NCBI GenBank assembly: GCA_001643675.2
Contig: LSRY02000037.1
Span: 992,001 to 1,056,000 of the forward strand
DNA length: 64,000 bases
Source: Monocercomonoides exilis PA203
Lineage: Eukaryota > Protista > Preaxostyla
Reading direction: 5' to 3'
The notes below the pieces were generated by a model. That model was not told the origin of the DNA. It saw only the letters and a list, made by a program, of their open reading frames with translations, and made no database searches. The position numbers and the translations under genes were made by a program. This document shows positions 37,977 through 50,530 of the stretch, piece after piece; within the stretch, counting starts at the first letter, position 1; the number at the start of each line of letters is the position of its first letter.

Positions 37977-40900
37977 TTGTTTTCAACAACTACAACAACA
38001 ACAACAACAGTTTCTTCTCCTTCTTCCTCCTCTTCCTCTTCCTCTTCCTCGTTGCTTCGCTCTTCTAGAAACAGATTTCTGACAAGCGAAGAGCAGCAGA
38101 TGAGGAGGATGAGGCAGCAGTTCGGAAGAAGAAGGAAAAGACAAAATTTTGTTCTTTCACGAGATGCGTTTGAGGCGCTGCCGCTGTTTGCAGAGTTTCG
38201 GATGGTGGAGCAGAATACAGAGAATTTGGAGAAGAGGAAGAGAGAAAGAGAGAGAGCGAAGGAAAGAGAGAGAGAAGCAAGGAACGAGAGAAGAGAGGAG
38301 AGAAGGATAAGAGAATTTATTAAGATGAGGAAGGCATTGAAATCCACAAATGATAGAGATAACAATGATGATGAAAATGAAAACGAAATTAATGCAGAAG
38401 AAAACGAGAATTATTCACTGATTAGAAGAGATTCTCTGAAGAAAACAAAGAAAAAAGAAGAAACTGAATGTATTTCCTACAGCTCCATCGTCAGTGATGA
38501 AGAAGAGCGAAGAGAGAAGAGATACAAACAGAAAGAAAAGCAGAGGTTGATGCGAAGGTATTACCAGGCGCTTGAGCTTCAGCGTGATTCTGTTGCGAAT
38601 GAAGTGCTTTTGATGGTCAGACCAAACCTGCTGCTTTCTCCTGCACCGATTGATGAATCGATAAAAAGACCAGGAATGAGTGTGAATGCTGTAAAAATGA
38701 AGGAGATGATAAAGAAGGTGAGAAAGAAGAGAAAGAAGTGAACAATTCTGGAAATGGAAATGGAAACAGGGAAGAAGTTGAAGTCGATGAAGATAGCACG
38801 AAAGATGAGGAAGAAGAAAAGATGATGATGATTCGAACAACGACGAAAACGAAGAAGTGATTTTGGAGGATTCAATGAATAATCCCAAATCAGTTGTTTC
38901 AAAAGGAAAGAAAATAAAACATTTATCAAAATCCAAAAATAAAAATAACAAAATGAAGAATAAGAAGAAAGCAGAAGTTTGCAACTTGACTGGAATAGAC
39001 GAAGATGAAGAAGACGACATTCGAGAGAAGAAGCTGCGGGAGATTCTGAAAGCATTCCGAAGAAGAGAAGAAGAGTTTGACGACGACGACTGGTGGGGAA
39101 TAAGCTCAGGGGATGGCTGGCTGTATGAAGAGGACAATGCAGATGATGAGAGTATTCTGAAGCTGATGGGCTATGAGAATGTGGCGAATGTGGGAAGAAT
39201 TCATTTGGATGACTAATCTAATGATAGCTTCGAAAGCGATGTGAGTGAAAAAAAAGGAACATATGATGATGATGCCAATGAGACTGAAACAAAACAAAGT
39301 GTTTCAAGAAAAATGAAAGGAAACGAAAACAATGAAGCTCAAGAAAGTGTTATAACACTTCAAAAGAAAGGCAATCAAACAGAATCAGAGAAGAATACAG
39401 ACGCAAAAGAGTCTGTTCAAAACAACAAAAAAGGCGAAAAGAACAATGATGAGCCAAAACCAGAGCCTCTTTCATTGCTAACTCAGCAAAAACAGCAGCA
39501 ACATCCACAACAACAGAACACAACGACAATTCCATCTCCAACACCATCACCTTCTCCACAGCCTAAACAATATACTTCAGGAAGAGGCGCATTTGGAACG
39601 ATACACTTTACGCGAGGGAAGCGAATGGACGGTGGATGGAGAGGAGGAGGAGGGAGAGCGTTGATTGAATACAGCCAAGAGATGGAGATGGGGAGAGGGG
39701 CTATTGGTGCACCTACAACTCCGCTATTACCAGCTGTTGGAGGAGGAGGAATAGGAATTGGAATAGGAGGAGGAATTGGAGGAGGAGGAGGAGGAGGGGT
39801 GACATTGGGTGTGATGGGGATGAAGGATTTGAACAAAGAAGTGACAAGGGCGATGCAAGATGAGTTTCAGAATGAGAAAGGGAAAGTTGGCGATGAAGAA
39901 GCGAAGATCACGTTTTATTCATTGGAATCAGATGATAAGAAAGAAAAACTGCTTTGTCTGATGAAACTGCAGGAAATACAAAAGAAGAAGGAGAAAGAAG
40001 AAGAATGGGAGTGCATATAAATGGAGAAAAATGGAAAATGGAGAAAAAGATAGAGGAAAAAGACAAGAATCTGTTTAGCAGCATCCAAGGAATACTACAA
40101 CCACACCTTGAGACAGGCACACCAACCAACAAGAAGGAGAACAAAATGGCAAGCGAGGCGCAACAAGAAGCGAAAGAAAGCCAAACGCCATTTTTGACAA
40201 GAGAGCGGAAATTGGACTGCATGCTGAATGATTAAGCCAATTCTGACTTAGAAGATTTGGACAATGAACAGGATGTGCCCTGCCGCTATGTGCGTATCAA
40301 AAGCGAGGAAAACGTGCAATTTGTGTGGAAGATGCGTAAAGAACCTGTGTATGCAGCAGTCGACGCGAGGCAGACAAGAACGCTGCTGGATCTGATGAGT
40401 GCGCTGAAGAGTGGGCTGAGGCAGAGCCGGGCGGAGTTGAGAAGAGGAAGAGGGATGAAGTGGAGGGGCTGTTGGCCGTACAAAGAGGAAGCAGAAGTGA
40501 CACACAGAAAAGGAAGGAAAGGAGCAGGGAAAGGATCCCGCTGCTGTTTCAGAAGGAGAAAGGTATAAGAACATTCAGTTAGAACAGCGTGCCTAGAAGA
40601 AGAGATGCACTATCGAAGCTGTTTTCTTTGCTTTCGTTCTCAAAGTTGGCATCTTTCTTCACTTCGCAGAATTCATTGGCGATGGATCTGATGCAGAAAT
40701 ACCCTGCCCTCAATTTGGTTGCGCCTTTTGATTCAACTGTGGAATTTGCTGCAAATGCAAACATTGCTCTTCATCCTCTTTCTCATTGCACTTCATCACT
40801 TGTCAATTCTTCATTGTTAATGAACATTCAACTACAATCTTCTCCTTCTCTCAGAACATATTTATCTCCTTCACAGCAATACCACGCTAAACTTTCATCT

Positions 40901-41002
40901 TCTGCTTGTCCTGCAGCTCCTGGCTCTCTTTCTCTACTCTCACTTACTGCTCTATCTTCATCTCCTTCCTTTTCATTCAACTATCATCGAATTCAGTGCT
41001 AG
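37977..41002 (+). pseudogene. Large low-complexity (Arg/Glu/Lys-, Gly-rich) gene broken by in-frame TAA stops and frameshifts; unknown product
   Basis: Chain of + ORFs (37977-38741, 38857-39216, 39241-40020, 39954-40235, 40257-40568, 40589-41002). Two pairs are in the same frame, separated by a single TAA (39214, 40233). Confidence 0.5.
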
Positions 41003-41694
41003 ACATCATCTATCGTTGCTATTTGGAAGCAAAAAATGAATGCTTTTTCAATCACAGAATATCATCTTAAGTTTATGAAAATTGAAGAGATATTATGATG
41101 GACAAAGAAAAGCTGAGTAAATGGAACTCAACAAGAAAATCGAATCTGACTTTTTTTCATTTGGAAGATGAAAGAATATCATGAAGCTGAATGAACAAGG
41201 TGTAAAAAGATTTTTTTGAGCAAACAGTTGCAGGGATAGTTTTGGAGAGATTTCACAATGCTATTTGCATTCAATATGTCGCGGAAAATGAAACAATTTG
41301 ATAAAGCAATTTTGAAGAAAAGGCATATTTGAAGGAAAATTTCAAAGAGGTTGTTATGCTAATAGGTCACAAGCAAGTTGAAATCGGAAAGGTGAAGAAA
41401 ATTTAATCTGAAGAAAATTGCCTGATACATATGAATATATTCCTTTTTAGATAGGACGAAATTGAATCTTTTTTCATGAACCGAATTTTCATTTGATGAA
41501 GAAGAGAAAATAGATGAAGAAATTTCAAAGAAATATTTTTTTTTTGAGCTGGCGTTAAGGATTTTGAAAAAATTAGTGATGATATATTCCTCAAATGAAA
41601 AGCAATGAAAGCTTATGAATTTTTCTATGATATGGAAAATGGCGAAAATGAGAAAATGAAGGAAAGGAAAGAACGTAAGAAAAAGTTCATTATT

Positions 41695-41900
41695 TCCTAT
41701 TGTTTTTGTGTCAGCAGCTCTGAAAGTGAGTGTTTGAGTTGGAACAAATATTGAGGTGAGGAGGGTGAGAGAGGCGTCTTGGAGGAGGGAAATGAAGCCA
41801 GTGAGGGCATACTCGATGGTGGCGCATGGGGTTTGTTGGGGTCTGCCACAGGCATCAGAATTGGTTCCATTGCTGGCAACGATTTTGTTCTGGGCTATAA
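41695..41900 (-). pseudogene. ~200-bp orphan fragment of the 2403-type surface protein gene
   Basis: IAQNKIVASNGTNSDACGRPQQTPCATIEYALTGFISLLQDASLTLLTS is near-identical to 3030-3240. Confidence 0.85.
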
Positions 41901-44059
41901 GAGAAAGACAGCTGTTAAACTTGACTTTATCCAATGTTCCACTACTTCTGTTTACGGTCAATGAATCCGATGAATTGAATAAAATGAACGGAGAATTGTT
42001 GGTTATTCAAAGGTGAGAAAAATAAAAGAAAAATGACTATTATTGTTCAATTAGTTTCAATAATTTTGTTTTCCTATCATTTTTTCTGTTCTTCTTATAA
42101 ACTTTCTCTTTGCAATGTTGTATTTTGCCAATTATGAATTTGCAATTTTTTCTTTTGAAGTTTTATTTATTTATTTTTGGCTAATTTTTATTGAACTTGA
42201 TCAAAAAAATTTTTTTGCACTGAAATTATCAAAAAGGTGTGATTTTTGTTCTTATAAATTAAACAAATATATATAACAGAAATTAAAGCTAAATACTTGC
42301 AAAAAATCAATTTAACTTTTTGATCAATACATACCACAATAGAATTTATTTTTCCTATTTTTGATCTTTTTTTTATGATATCAAAAAAAATCACCCATGA
42401 GTTTTCGGTAAATGGGTACTTCACCGGTACATTAGTATTAAAACTGTGTGACGTAATGACCATTGACGTGAAAAATTTCAATTCTGACGGACTCATTCGA
42501 AATATTCACGTCACTAATATTTTTTTTAAAAAATTATTCGCTGAAACTCAAAAAAATCTAATAATTTATTTTGATTAATTATGATAAATTATTATTTATT
42601 AAAAGAGAATTAAAAAACATTTTTTTCTCGCTTTGCATCAAAAAAATTTTACAATGGGATTTTGACGAATTGGCAAAAAAGGAATTTAAGATCGTCAGTG
42701 AAGGTCATGACCATCAGGGCAAGTCAACATTTCAATGTCGATTAAAAAATTGAAATAAATGCTAATTGGTGAAAAAGTTACATTTTGCAATGTTTAAGAT
42801 GAATAGGAATGGAGTGATGAAGAATTTTTGCTCTTTTTTCAAGTTTCAATGGTGGAAATCAAAGTTAAAAACGAGCAACGAAGAACACACATAGAAAATT
42901 TGACCGCAAATGAAAAAACAATTATTTAACCAGAACGATATTTCATCGGGAAATGGTTTGTTTGCTACGTATGAATAAATTTTTTGAACAATATTTTATT
43001 TCCAAGCATGCAAAATTCGCTTTTATGTTTGCAGATAGTTATGCAAAATTTCGCTCATCATTGTTTGTCAATATCTCTTTGTTTCATTTCCAAATGTATT
43101 GAAGGTTCTGCTTTGACAAATTCCTCTACAAAATAATATTGCTTTAAATATTTTTTTTTTATCATTCATCTTTCTTTCCCGACAACGTTAGAGAGAATTT
43201 TTTAATTTCTTCGATCGACTTGAAGCGCCTGTCTTCCTTATCTTCATCACTTGATTATTGAGCGCAATTTTTACAAAAACGCCTGCTGAACATCACGACT
43301 GAAGTATTTTTCTTCGAAAACGAGTGATAGAAAAAAGTTTTTTGGATATCATAAACATGAAACAAATTGTGTCGAGAATGAGGATTGCGAAATGGAAGAA
43401 TTTTTCGTTGCTGGAAGAATTGAAGGATATTCAGAAAAATTCCATTTAGCATTTTCATCGAATGAAGATAATCCCTAGATACTTTCATCACTTTACAGAA
43501 TATGTTTTTTCTCTCTTTGAGCAACGGAAGATGAGGTCCGAATCATTATTGGAATGAGTGAAATATTTTGTGATTAAAGATTCTTCTTGAATGTTAAAAT
43601 CTTGGATTTATTGTTGACAAAAACTATTTCTTGTTGTTGTCGTTCACACGACGAAAATTTTCATTTTTTCTATATTTCACATCAAATCCGAGTAATAAAC
43701 AAAAGATATTTTGAAGCACGTTGATTTTTATTGCTTTTAAAAAAATACTTTGCAATTCATCTCCAAAAAATTTTTAAAAATCAATGTCTTATATTTCGTT
43801 ACTTTTATAAATCTGTAAATCATAGAAACCTTGCGAAATGAAACAGTTATACGGTTTATTCATTCATCTTCTTTTGTATCTTTTCTCCTAATTCTAATTC
43901 TTTTCTTGTTTCTTTGTAAATATCTTTTGTATTATTCTTTTTCTCGTCATCCCCGCAGAATGTCCCTCTCTTTTATCCGCTTGAAATAGGTCTCGTTTGT
44001 GTTTTCCTTTCATGTTCATCAACTTTATCCAATAGCTGATGTTTAACTTTTCTCTCTTT

Positions 44060-45835
44060 CTAATTCTTCGATTCTTCTTTGCTCATATCACATACAGTGA
44101 ATTTGGTGTTGCTCACTGAAAAGGAGTTGGCAGAGGCAGATGAGGCGAATGAGATGCACCCGCCATTGGTGGCAGTCTGTTGGTTTTGTGGAGCTGAGTT
44201 GATGTTGGTAATGGTGCAGTTGGCGAGGGAGAGGGAGAGGGCAGGGGAGGTGGCAGAGGAGAGGACACAGCTGGTGGGGGTGGATGTGGAGGTGATGTCG
44301 GTGATGCTGGAGGAGTTGAGGGTGAGGGGAGTGGTGAGGGAGGTGGGGTGGAAGATGCTTTGGCTGTTGAGGGTGAGACTGGTGATTGCTGTGTGGTTGA
44401 GGGAGAGTGAGCCAGCAGTGAGGAAGAAGAGGGGAGTTTTTATTGTTATGGAGGTTGTTCCGGTGATGGTGGTTGTGTTGAGTTTGAGGGAAGGGGAGTT
44501 ACCGGAGAGGTGGAAGAGGATGGGGGTGATGGTGTTTGTGGAGTTGTGAGTGATGGCGAGGGCAGAGACTGTGAGGGAGCCCTGGGTCTGTTGAAAGAAG
44601 GCAGACGAGGCAGAAGAAGAATATGATGAAAATTGAGGAATTCCGCTGGAGACGATGGTTTATGCATCTGTTCCCTTTCCTGTGATTTTTGCGTTGGATG
44701 CACTTAATGTGAGTGCTTAAGTGGGGGCGAAGAAGGAACTGAGGAGGGTGAGAGATGCGTCTTGTGAATCTGTCATGAGAACAAGAGCATATTCCATTGT
44801 TTCGCATGGATTAAGTTGTGTAATTCCACTGAGATCAGTATTTGTTCCATTATTTGATACGATTTTGAATGTTGTAATGAGAGGGAGCCATCTGTTGAAC
44901 ACGGCGTTATCAGCAGTTCCTGCGTTCCACACTCTTTTTGATTCAGTTGTTGATCCACACTGATTGAAAGGAGATTGTGTGATGGAATTGCCACTGAAGA
45001 ACACGTCATTCCCCCTTCCATTTTTGGCAGTGTATCCATCGAAGAAACAGAATGCGATGAATTTTATGCAACTGATCCAGGAAAAAGTTGAATAGAAGAA
45101 AATGGCTGCACATCCAAATGAGGAAGAAGCAGTTAGATTGTTATTGATGAACTGACAATCATTAACCAAAAATTGATTTGGTTTATTTTGTGGAGGACGA
45201 TTAAATGTGAGAGAACCAGCAGAATCTCCACCAGAATTTGCAATACATTTGCATTTGGTAAACAAGAATTTTCCATTTGAGGGGAAATCACCGATCCAGA
45301 AATACCAACCGGTTCCACACCAATCTGTTATTGAGCAACTTTCCACTCTGTTTTCTGAGAATGTTCAAACAGAATTAGGTTGATTGCTATATAAATAAGC
45401 AGCTCCTGCATGATTGGCTGAACAACTTGTGAAATTGGATTTTGCGATGTTGATATTCAACAAACCATTGCAATATAACGCTCCGGCATAACTGCTTGCT
45501 GAACATTTGTTGAATGAACAAGAAGTGATTGCGAGATTTGCGTTTGTGCAGTTGACATAAAGTGCACCTCCATGACTACCTCCGCTATTTGAATTTTCCC
45601 ATTCGCACCATTCAAATTTTTGGCTGTTAACATCAAAAGAAGCTAATCTTCCAGGAGATTTTCTTTGAAATTCAGTTCCAATACGTATAACAATCACATT
45701 TGCAGAAGTGCAAGTTTGGGGGAAGACGTCTGTCGTGTGAAAAAAGAGGAAGAAACTATTGAAATGAAGAATGCTATGAAAAAGGTGTAGGAGAAGATGG
45801 AAAAAAAGATATCTATGGTTAAATATATATTGCAA
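44060..45835 (-). pseudogene. Paralog of the 2403-4230 beta-helix-like surface protein, with in-frame stops
   Basis: HGGALYVNC, YAGALYC, KCKCIANSGGDSAGSLTF and GRGNDVFFSG motifs. In-frame TGA (~45365) and TAA (~44717, ~44660). Collinear with 2403-4230. Confidence 0.85.
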
Positions 45836-47426
45836 ATTCGAATCTTTTTGAAAAATACATCAAAATATTCAATTATCAGAGGAATACTGTGATTGCTTCA
45901 AATCTTTAATCTGATTTAAAAATATTAGTGTAATGTGAATCAGAAATATCATATAAAGCCTAATTTTGATAAAAAGAATTTCAAAAAGAAGAAACAAACC
46001 ACATTCATAAATTCATTCTGGAAAGCTAAATAGAACCTATGCGCTTAAACATGAAAAAGCATGCGTACACAAAATGAAGTTCATTGATCAATATATTCCT
46101 GATGTTTCTTGTTTCAGCATAATTCATTCATTTTAAATATTTCAAATCAAATTAAGGGAAAAGTCTCGAAAGTTCAATTTTTGAAACAGTTTAATTTATA
46201 TATATTTTTATTTGAAAAAGAACAATAGCGAAATTTAAATTTAAAAGAGAATATTGTATTCAATATATATATATATAATCTTCTGAGGTAATAAATATTT
46301 AGTGACAAACGTGAAGACAAAATCTTCATCATGTCACACAGGTTTAATCAGTATTTGCTTTATTTTATGATAAAAGTGATTGTCGTTGTTTGAAATATAT
46401 TTGCATATAATATTAAAGCGCGGAAATTATTCTGAGTTGAAAAAGTATTTTTCGAAAATATTTTTCAAAAATGTTTTTGTGGGATGAGATATTTTTCGAT
46501 CACGAAATAATTGTAATATTGACATTGATTTCTTTAAAATTATCATCTTCAATAAAAGATTGCAAATAGAAAGAGAACAGAATCTTTTTGTCAGTGTCAT
46601 CATCTTGATTTTATATGAGTTTCTGCACCTCAAGATCACTTTTTTTTGATTTATTTTTATTTTTTGACAACTTAAACACTTAATATTTTTTCCAATTAGA
46701 AATTTATTCTTTTTGCCTTCACCGTAAAATAAAAAATTTTTGATAATATCCTTTAGCAAATGATATCTTATTATGTGGAATGTTCAAATTTTGTTAAGCT
46801 CATAAAAACATTTTTCGGTTTAATCACAAAAATTATTCTCATTCATTTAATTTTCCCATTTCATCTCTCAGTGAAGTTAATAACAAATTCTAAGCCATTT
46901 TTTCTTCATTAAATGCAAGAATCATCATTAAATACACTTTTCTTTTGAGATGAGATATGTTTCAGTCAAGAAAATTTAAAAATTTTCTAAAAAAATGCGA
47001 AAATTTTTTTGATCAGAAATTTTATCAAGATAGTTATTAAAAATGTTTCCACACAAAATAAATAACTTTTAATAGCAAATATGACAATGACATTGGAAAA
47101 TAAATCAATTTTTTCGATTTTCGAATGTCCCAATTCCATGCGCTTTTTCCGTTCAATCCAATCTTTCAGAAACATTCTGCCAGCTTTTTCTGCATCTTGC
47201 TTTAATTTTTTTTCATTCAAAATAAACACAGCCAATGTTGCACCATATGTTTTGCAATTTTTAACTAAGTTCAAATCACAAGCAATTTCCCTTATCAATT
47301 CACTTTTTGCAAGCAACCAATTTTAACAGCCACTCGCTCCTCCATCTGAAAACATTATCATTGTTCTCATGCAGTTCAGCAACTCGCATGGATGCTTCCG
47401 TAGTCGTGTTCAATAATTGCACAAAC

Positions 47427-48813
47427 GGAAATAATCGACAAAATCGACACCCTAAAAAATCGAAAAGTCAGTAAAATTTATGCATCAAATGAAATCTATT
47501 ATTAATATGAACAATGTCACAACGTGAAAATCAAGGATCTGTTTCAATTTTTATTATCTAAAATTAACAGAAAATTTTTTAATAAAAGGGATAATGATTA
47601 TTAAAAACAATTGTTAAAAAGGAGGAAAAGAAGGAGATCTCATCTTATTTTTCACTGTTTCATAACGAGGAAATATGCTTGGATTGGTTTAGGTTACAAA
47701 ATTTGTCGGACAAAAAGAAGGAGTGTGAGAAGTGCGGATTAATAATGTATTTTACTAAGGATTCTGTTCAAGACAGAATTTTTAGGTGTCTGAATTGCAA
47801 ATCAATAAAAACAGTGTTCGTTGATACGCAAAAGAAAAATTGCAGATTGGGAATTATCAAAATTATTTTTTTTTAGCTGTTCTTCATATTTATTCGATTT
47901 AAAAATAAGCATATTTGTGTGTTGCTTAATGTCAATAAATACACAGTTTTATATTACATGGATTTATCACAACAAGAACAAGTTCCAAACATGTGACAAA
48001 ATTTTGAACAGCTGGGAAAAGATGGACAGATCGTCGAAATCAATGAAATGCTGCTCAGACGAAGAAAATATCACCGTGGAAAAAGAAAAAAGCAAATTTG
48101 GTTTTTTGGCAAAATAGAAAGAAAAACTGGAGGAGGTCAAGGAGATTTCATCATCATAAGAGTTAAGAATAGAAAAAAAGAACAATTATAACCATTAATA
48201 ACGACAAACATAATGCCAGGTTCTTCAATTCACTCCGTCGAATGTAAGGCTTATGCATCATTGAAATCATTGGGATTATATCTTCACGCTGTATATCATA
48301 AATACAGACACAAAACTGAAAATCGTTTGTGCACAAATTCTATTGAAGCTGTTTGGAGTGAATTTCGGAAATATCTCCCTTCGCGTGGAAATCAATAAAG
48401 ATATATAGACGATATAATAGCATAATTTATTTCGACAAAAAGAAAATCTATGAAATTTTCTGAATTTGCGAAGGGCATGCTTTTTTATAAAGAAGTGGAA
48501 AACAAAAAAATGGGAACTCCGATCGAATTTCGTGACCTATAATCTAAAGAATCTGACGGAGATGATGATTCTTCTTTGACAGAAACAGAAGAAATATCAT
48601 ATGACAGATCTTCTGATAGCAATCATATTGATGTGATAAACAAGAGGAGCAGACCCTGAATAGTTTTTTACTTAACTCCTTTTCCCACTTCAAACCCTAA
48701 TTTCAAAATTCAAATGCCTTGAAACACATTTATTATTACTTATTTGTTGCTTCTGTCAAAAAGAAATCCAAAGTTTTGATTATTTGAGGGTGTCGATCTA
48801 ATCTACTAATGCC
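47427..48813 (+). mobile_element. Merlin (IS1016/IS1595-like) DNA transposon, decayed, 1387 bp
   Basis: Perfect 8-bp TSD GCACAAAC (47419-47426, 48814-48821). TIRs: GGAAATAATCGACAAAATCGACACCCTAAAAAATC versus rc GGCATTAGTAGATTAGATCGACACCCTCAAATAATC. Confidence 0.92.
47620..48480 (+). pseudogene. Merlin/ISXO2-type transposase pseudogene
   Basis: Zn-ribbon CEKC...FRCLNC; GQIVEINEMLLRRRKYHRG...IWFFGKIER; IMPGSSIHSVECKAY; TNSIEAVW. The catalytic Asps appear as N and V, and there are stops and frameshifts. Confidence 0.85.
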
Positions 48814-49199
48814 GCACAAACATGCTCTTGATGCAGTAAATAATTAATTAAAAATACTCACTAAGAAAATTTTTGGTTCTCCTCCCTTATTTATTTCCAC
48901 AATAATGAAATTTTTAAATTCAAAGATTTTCTTGCTTACAGGAAAAAATCACAAATAACAAAAGAGGTCTCAAATTTTGTTTTGTCCAAAAAAATTGATT
49001 TAGTATTTTCAATTCTATTGATTTGAATATTCCTTGAATTGTTCGATAATAAATTAATTTTTATTTTGGATTTATTTTGAGGATTTACGATCATTTGCAA
49101 AAAGACAAATATTTTTGGGTTTGCCAGGATTTATAAGAAATAAAAAGTTGAATGAACATATGTATATTTTTTTCTCTTTTGATTTTTCTTTCTTTTTTT

Positions 49200-50530
49200 T
49201 TTTAGCGAAATTTTCACAGTTGGAACAATTCACTGAAGACGAACAAATGCAGAAAATCAAGGAAACGAATGAAATGATTAATGAAATGAATGAAGAAGAA
49301 TTCAAATCAGTTTTAACAGAAGAACTGTTCGACAAAATTCACCAAATGATTGAAGAAAAGAAAATATTTTTGGAAAATGCATATTTGCTACTGAAGAGGA
49401 TTGGATATCATAAATTATTGAATAGATTTTGGACAGGAAGTTTTGATGAATCATTATTGTGGATAATGGTTCAAAACATGATTGCTGAAGAAGCAAAGAG
49501 AAAAGAAGGAAAGAACGAAACACTTTTAACTGATCTTTGTGAATGCTATATTTCTTTAAATCGTTTCTTCTCGTCTGAAATATTTTCAATTTGTGTGCCC
49601 TGTCTTCTGAAAGCTGCTTCAAGCAGAAAGGAAGACGAGGAGGCCAAAAAAGAAGTGGAAATTGCATTGATGGCTTTGAGTTGCGATAGCATTAATGTGT
49701 GAGTCTTTCAATTTTTAGTTAAATACGTGTTATTTTTTCCCTCTGATTTTTTATAAGAGATTGAATTAAGAACAGTATTTGAATGAAACCAAAGAGATTA
49801 TCCTGTATCATCAAGAGCATCACAATCTGAGCAGATTGGCCTATCAGTGTGCTTGGCGGTTTTTATTTTTTCAATTTATCTTTTAAAGCAGCTTGGAAGA
49901 AGAGGTTGTTGAAGAGCTGCACTTTACGAGAGAGGCAATCAGAGAACTGGAAGATCTAATGAAATGTGTGGACTGGAAGAGAAACTTTGAGGGAAAAGGA
50001 GAAAAAGAATCGAAAGAAGTGAATGTTATCTGGAGATGGTTGAATGAAATAGGATATTTCTTATTCTGGAGCAAATTGATAAATGAAGAATTTGGGAGGC
50101 TTATTGGCAGTGTTGCGAGTGTATTTCGAGCAGCAAAGGACAATCGCAGATGTTGAAGCGAGAAATGCGTTTGTTTATTAAAATCAATTGCTTTTTGCAG
50201 ATTTGTAAAAGCTGAAGACTTGCTGAAAGGCGGAGCAGTTGGTGCTGTTTAAGAGATGATTCAGTGACAGACGTTGAATGACAAGATGACAAATGAATAC
50301 ATGGAATTCTTTAAATTGATTTCGATTCGATTGAAAGAAAAGGAGGAAGATGATGAATTGGAAGAAGAAGAAAGAAAAGAAAAAAATTGAAAAGGCGAGT
50401 GATTGAAAAGATGGAAGAAGAAGGATACGAAGATATCATTGTCAGTTTTTATGAAACATTTTATTTTTTCAACGAAAAAAATTATTGTGAATTATCGTTG
50501 GATATTTCTAATTATTTTGTGAATATTTAA
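49200..50530 (+). pseudogene. Third member of the alpha-helical family, disrupted
   Basis: LLTDLCECY, EVEIALMAL, YHQEHHNLSRLAYQ and EEEGYED motifs, with a stop at ~49884 and several frameshifts in the last exon. Confidence 0.8.

Noticed and set aside
17423-44720. Alternative genetic code (TAA/TAG = Gln, as in Streblomastix), suggested by in-frame TAR stops, one aligning to Gln in a paralog (44717)
   Set aside because: In-frame TGA occurs in the same pseudogenes, long intact ORFs (831, 833, 744 aa) contain no internal TAR, and intact genes end in TAG/TAA. Ordinary nonsense mutation explains it.
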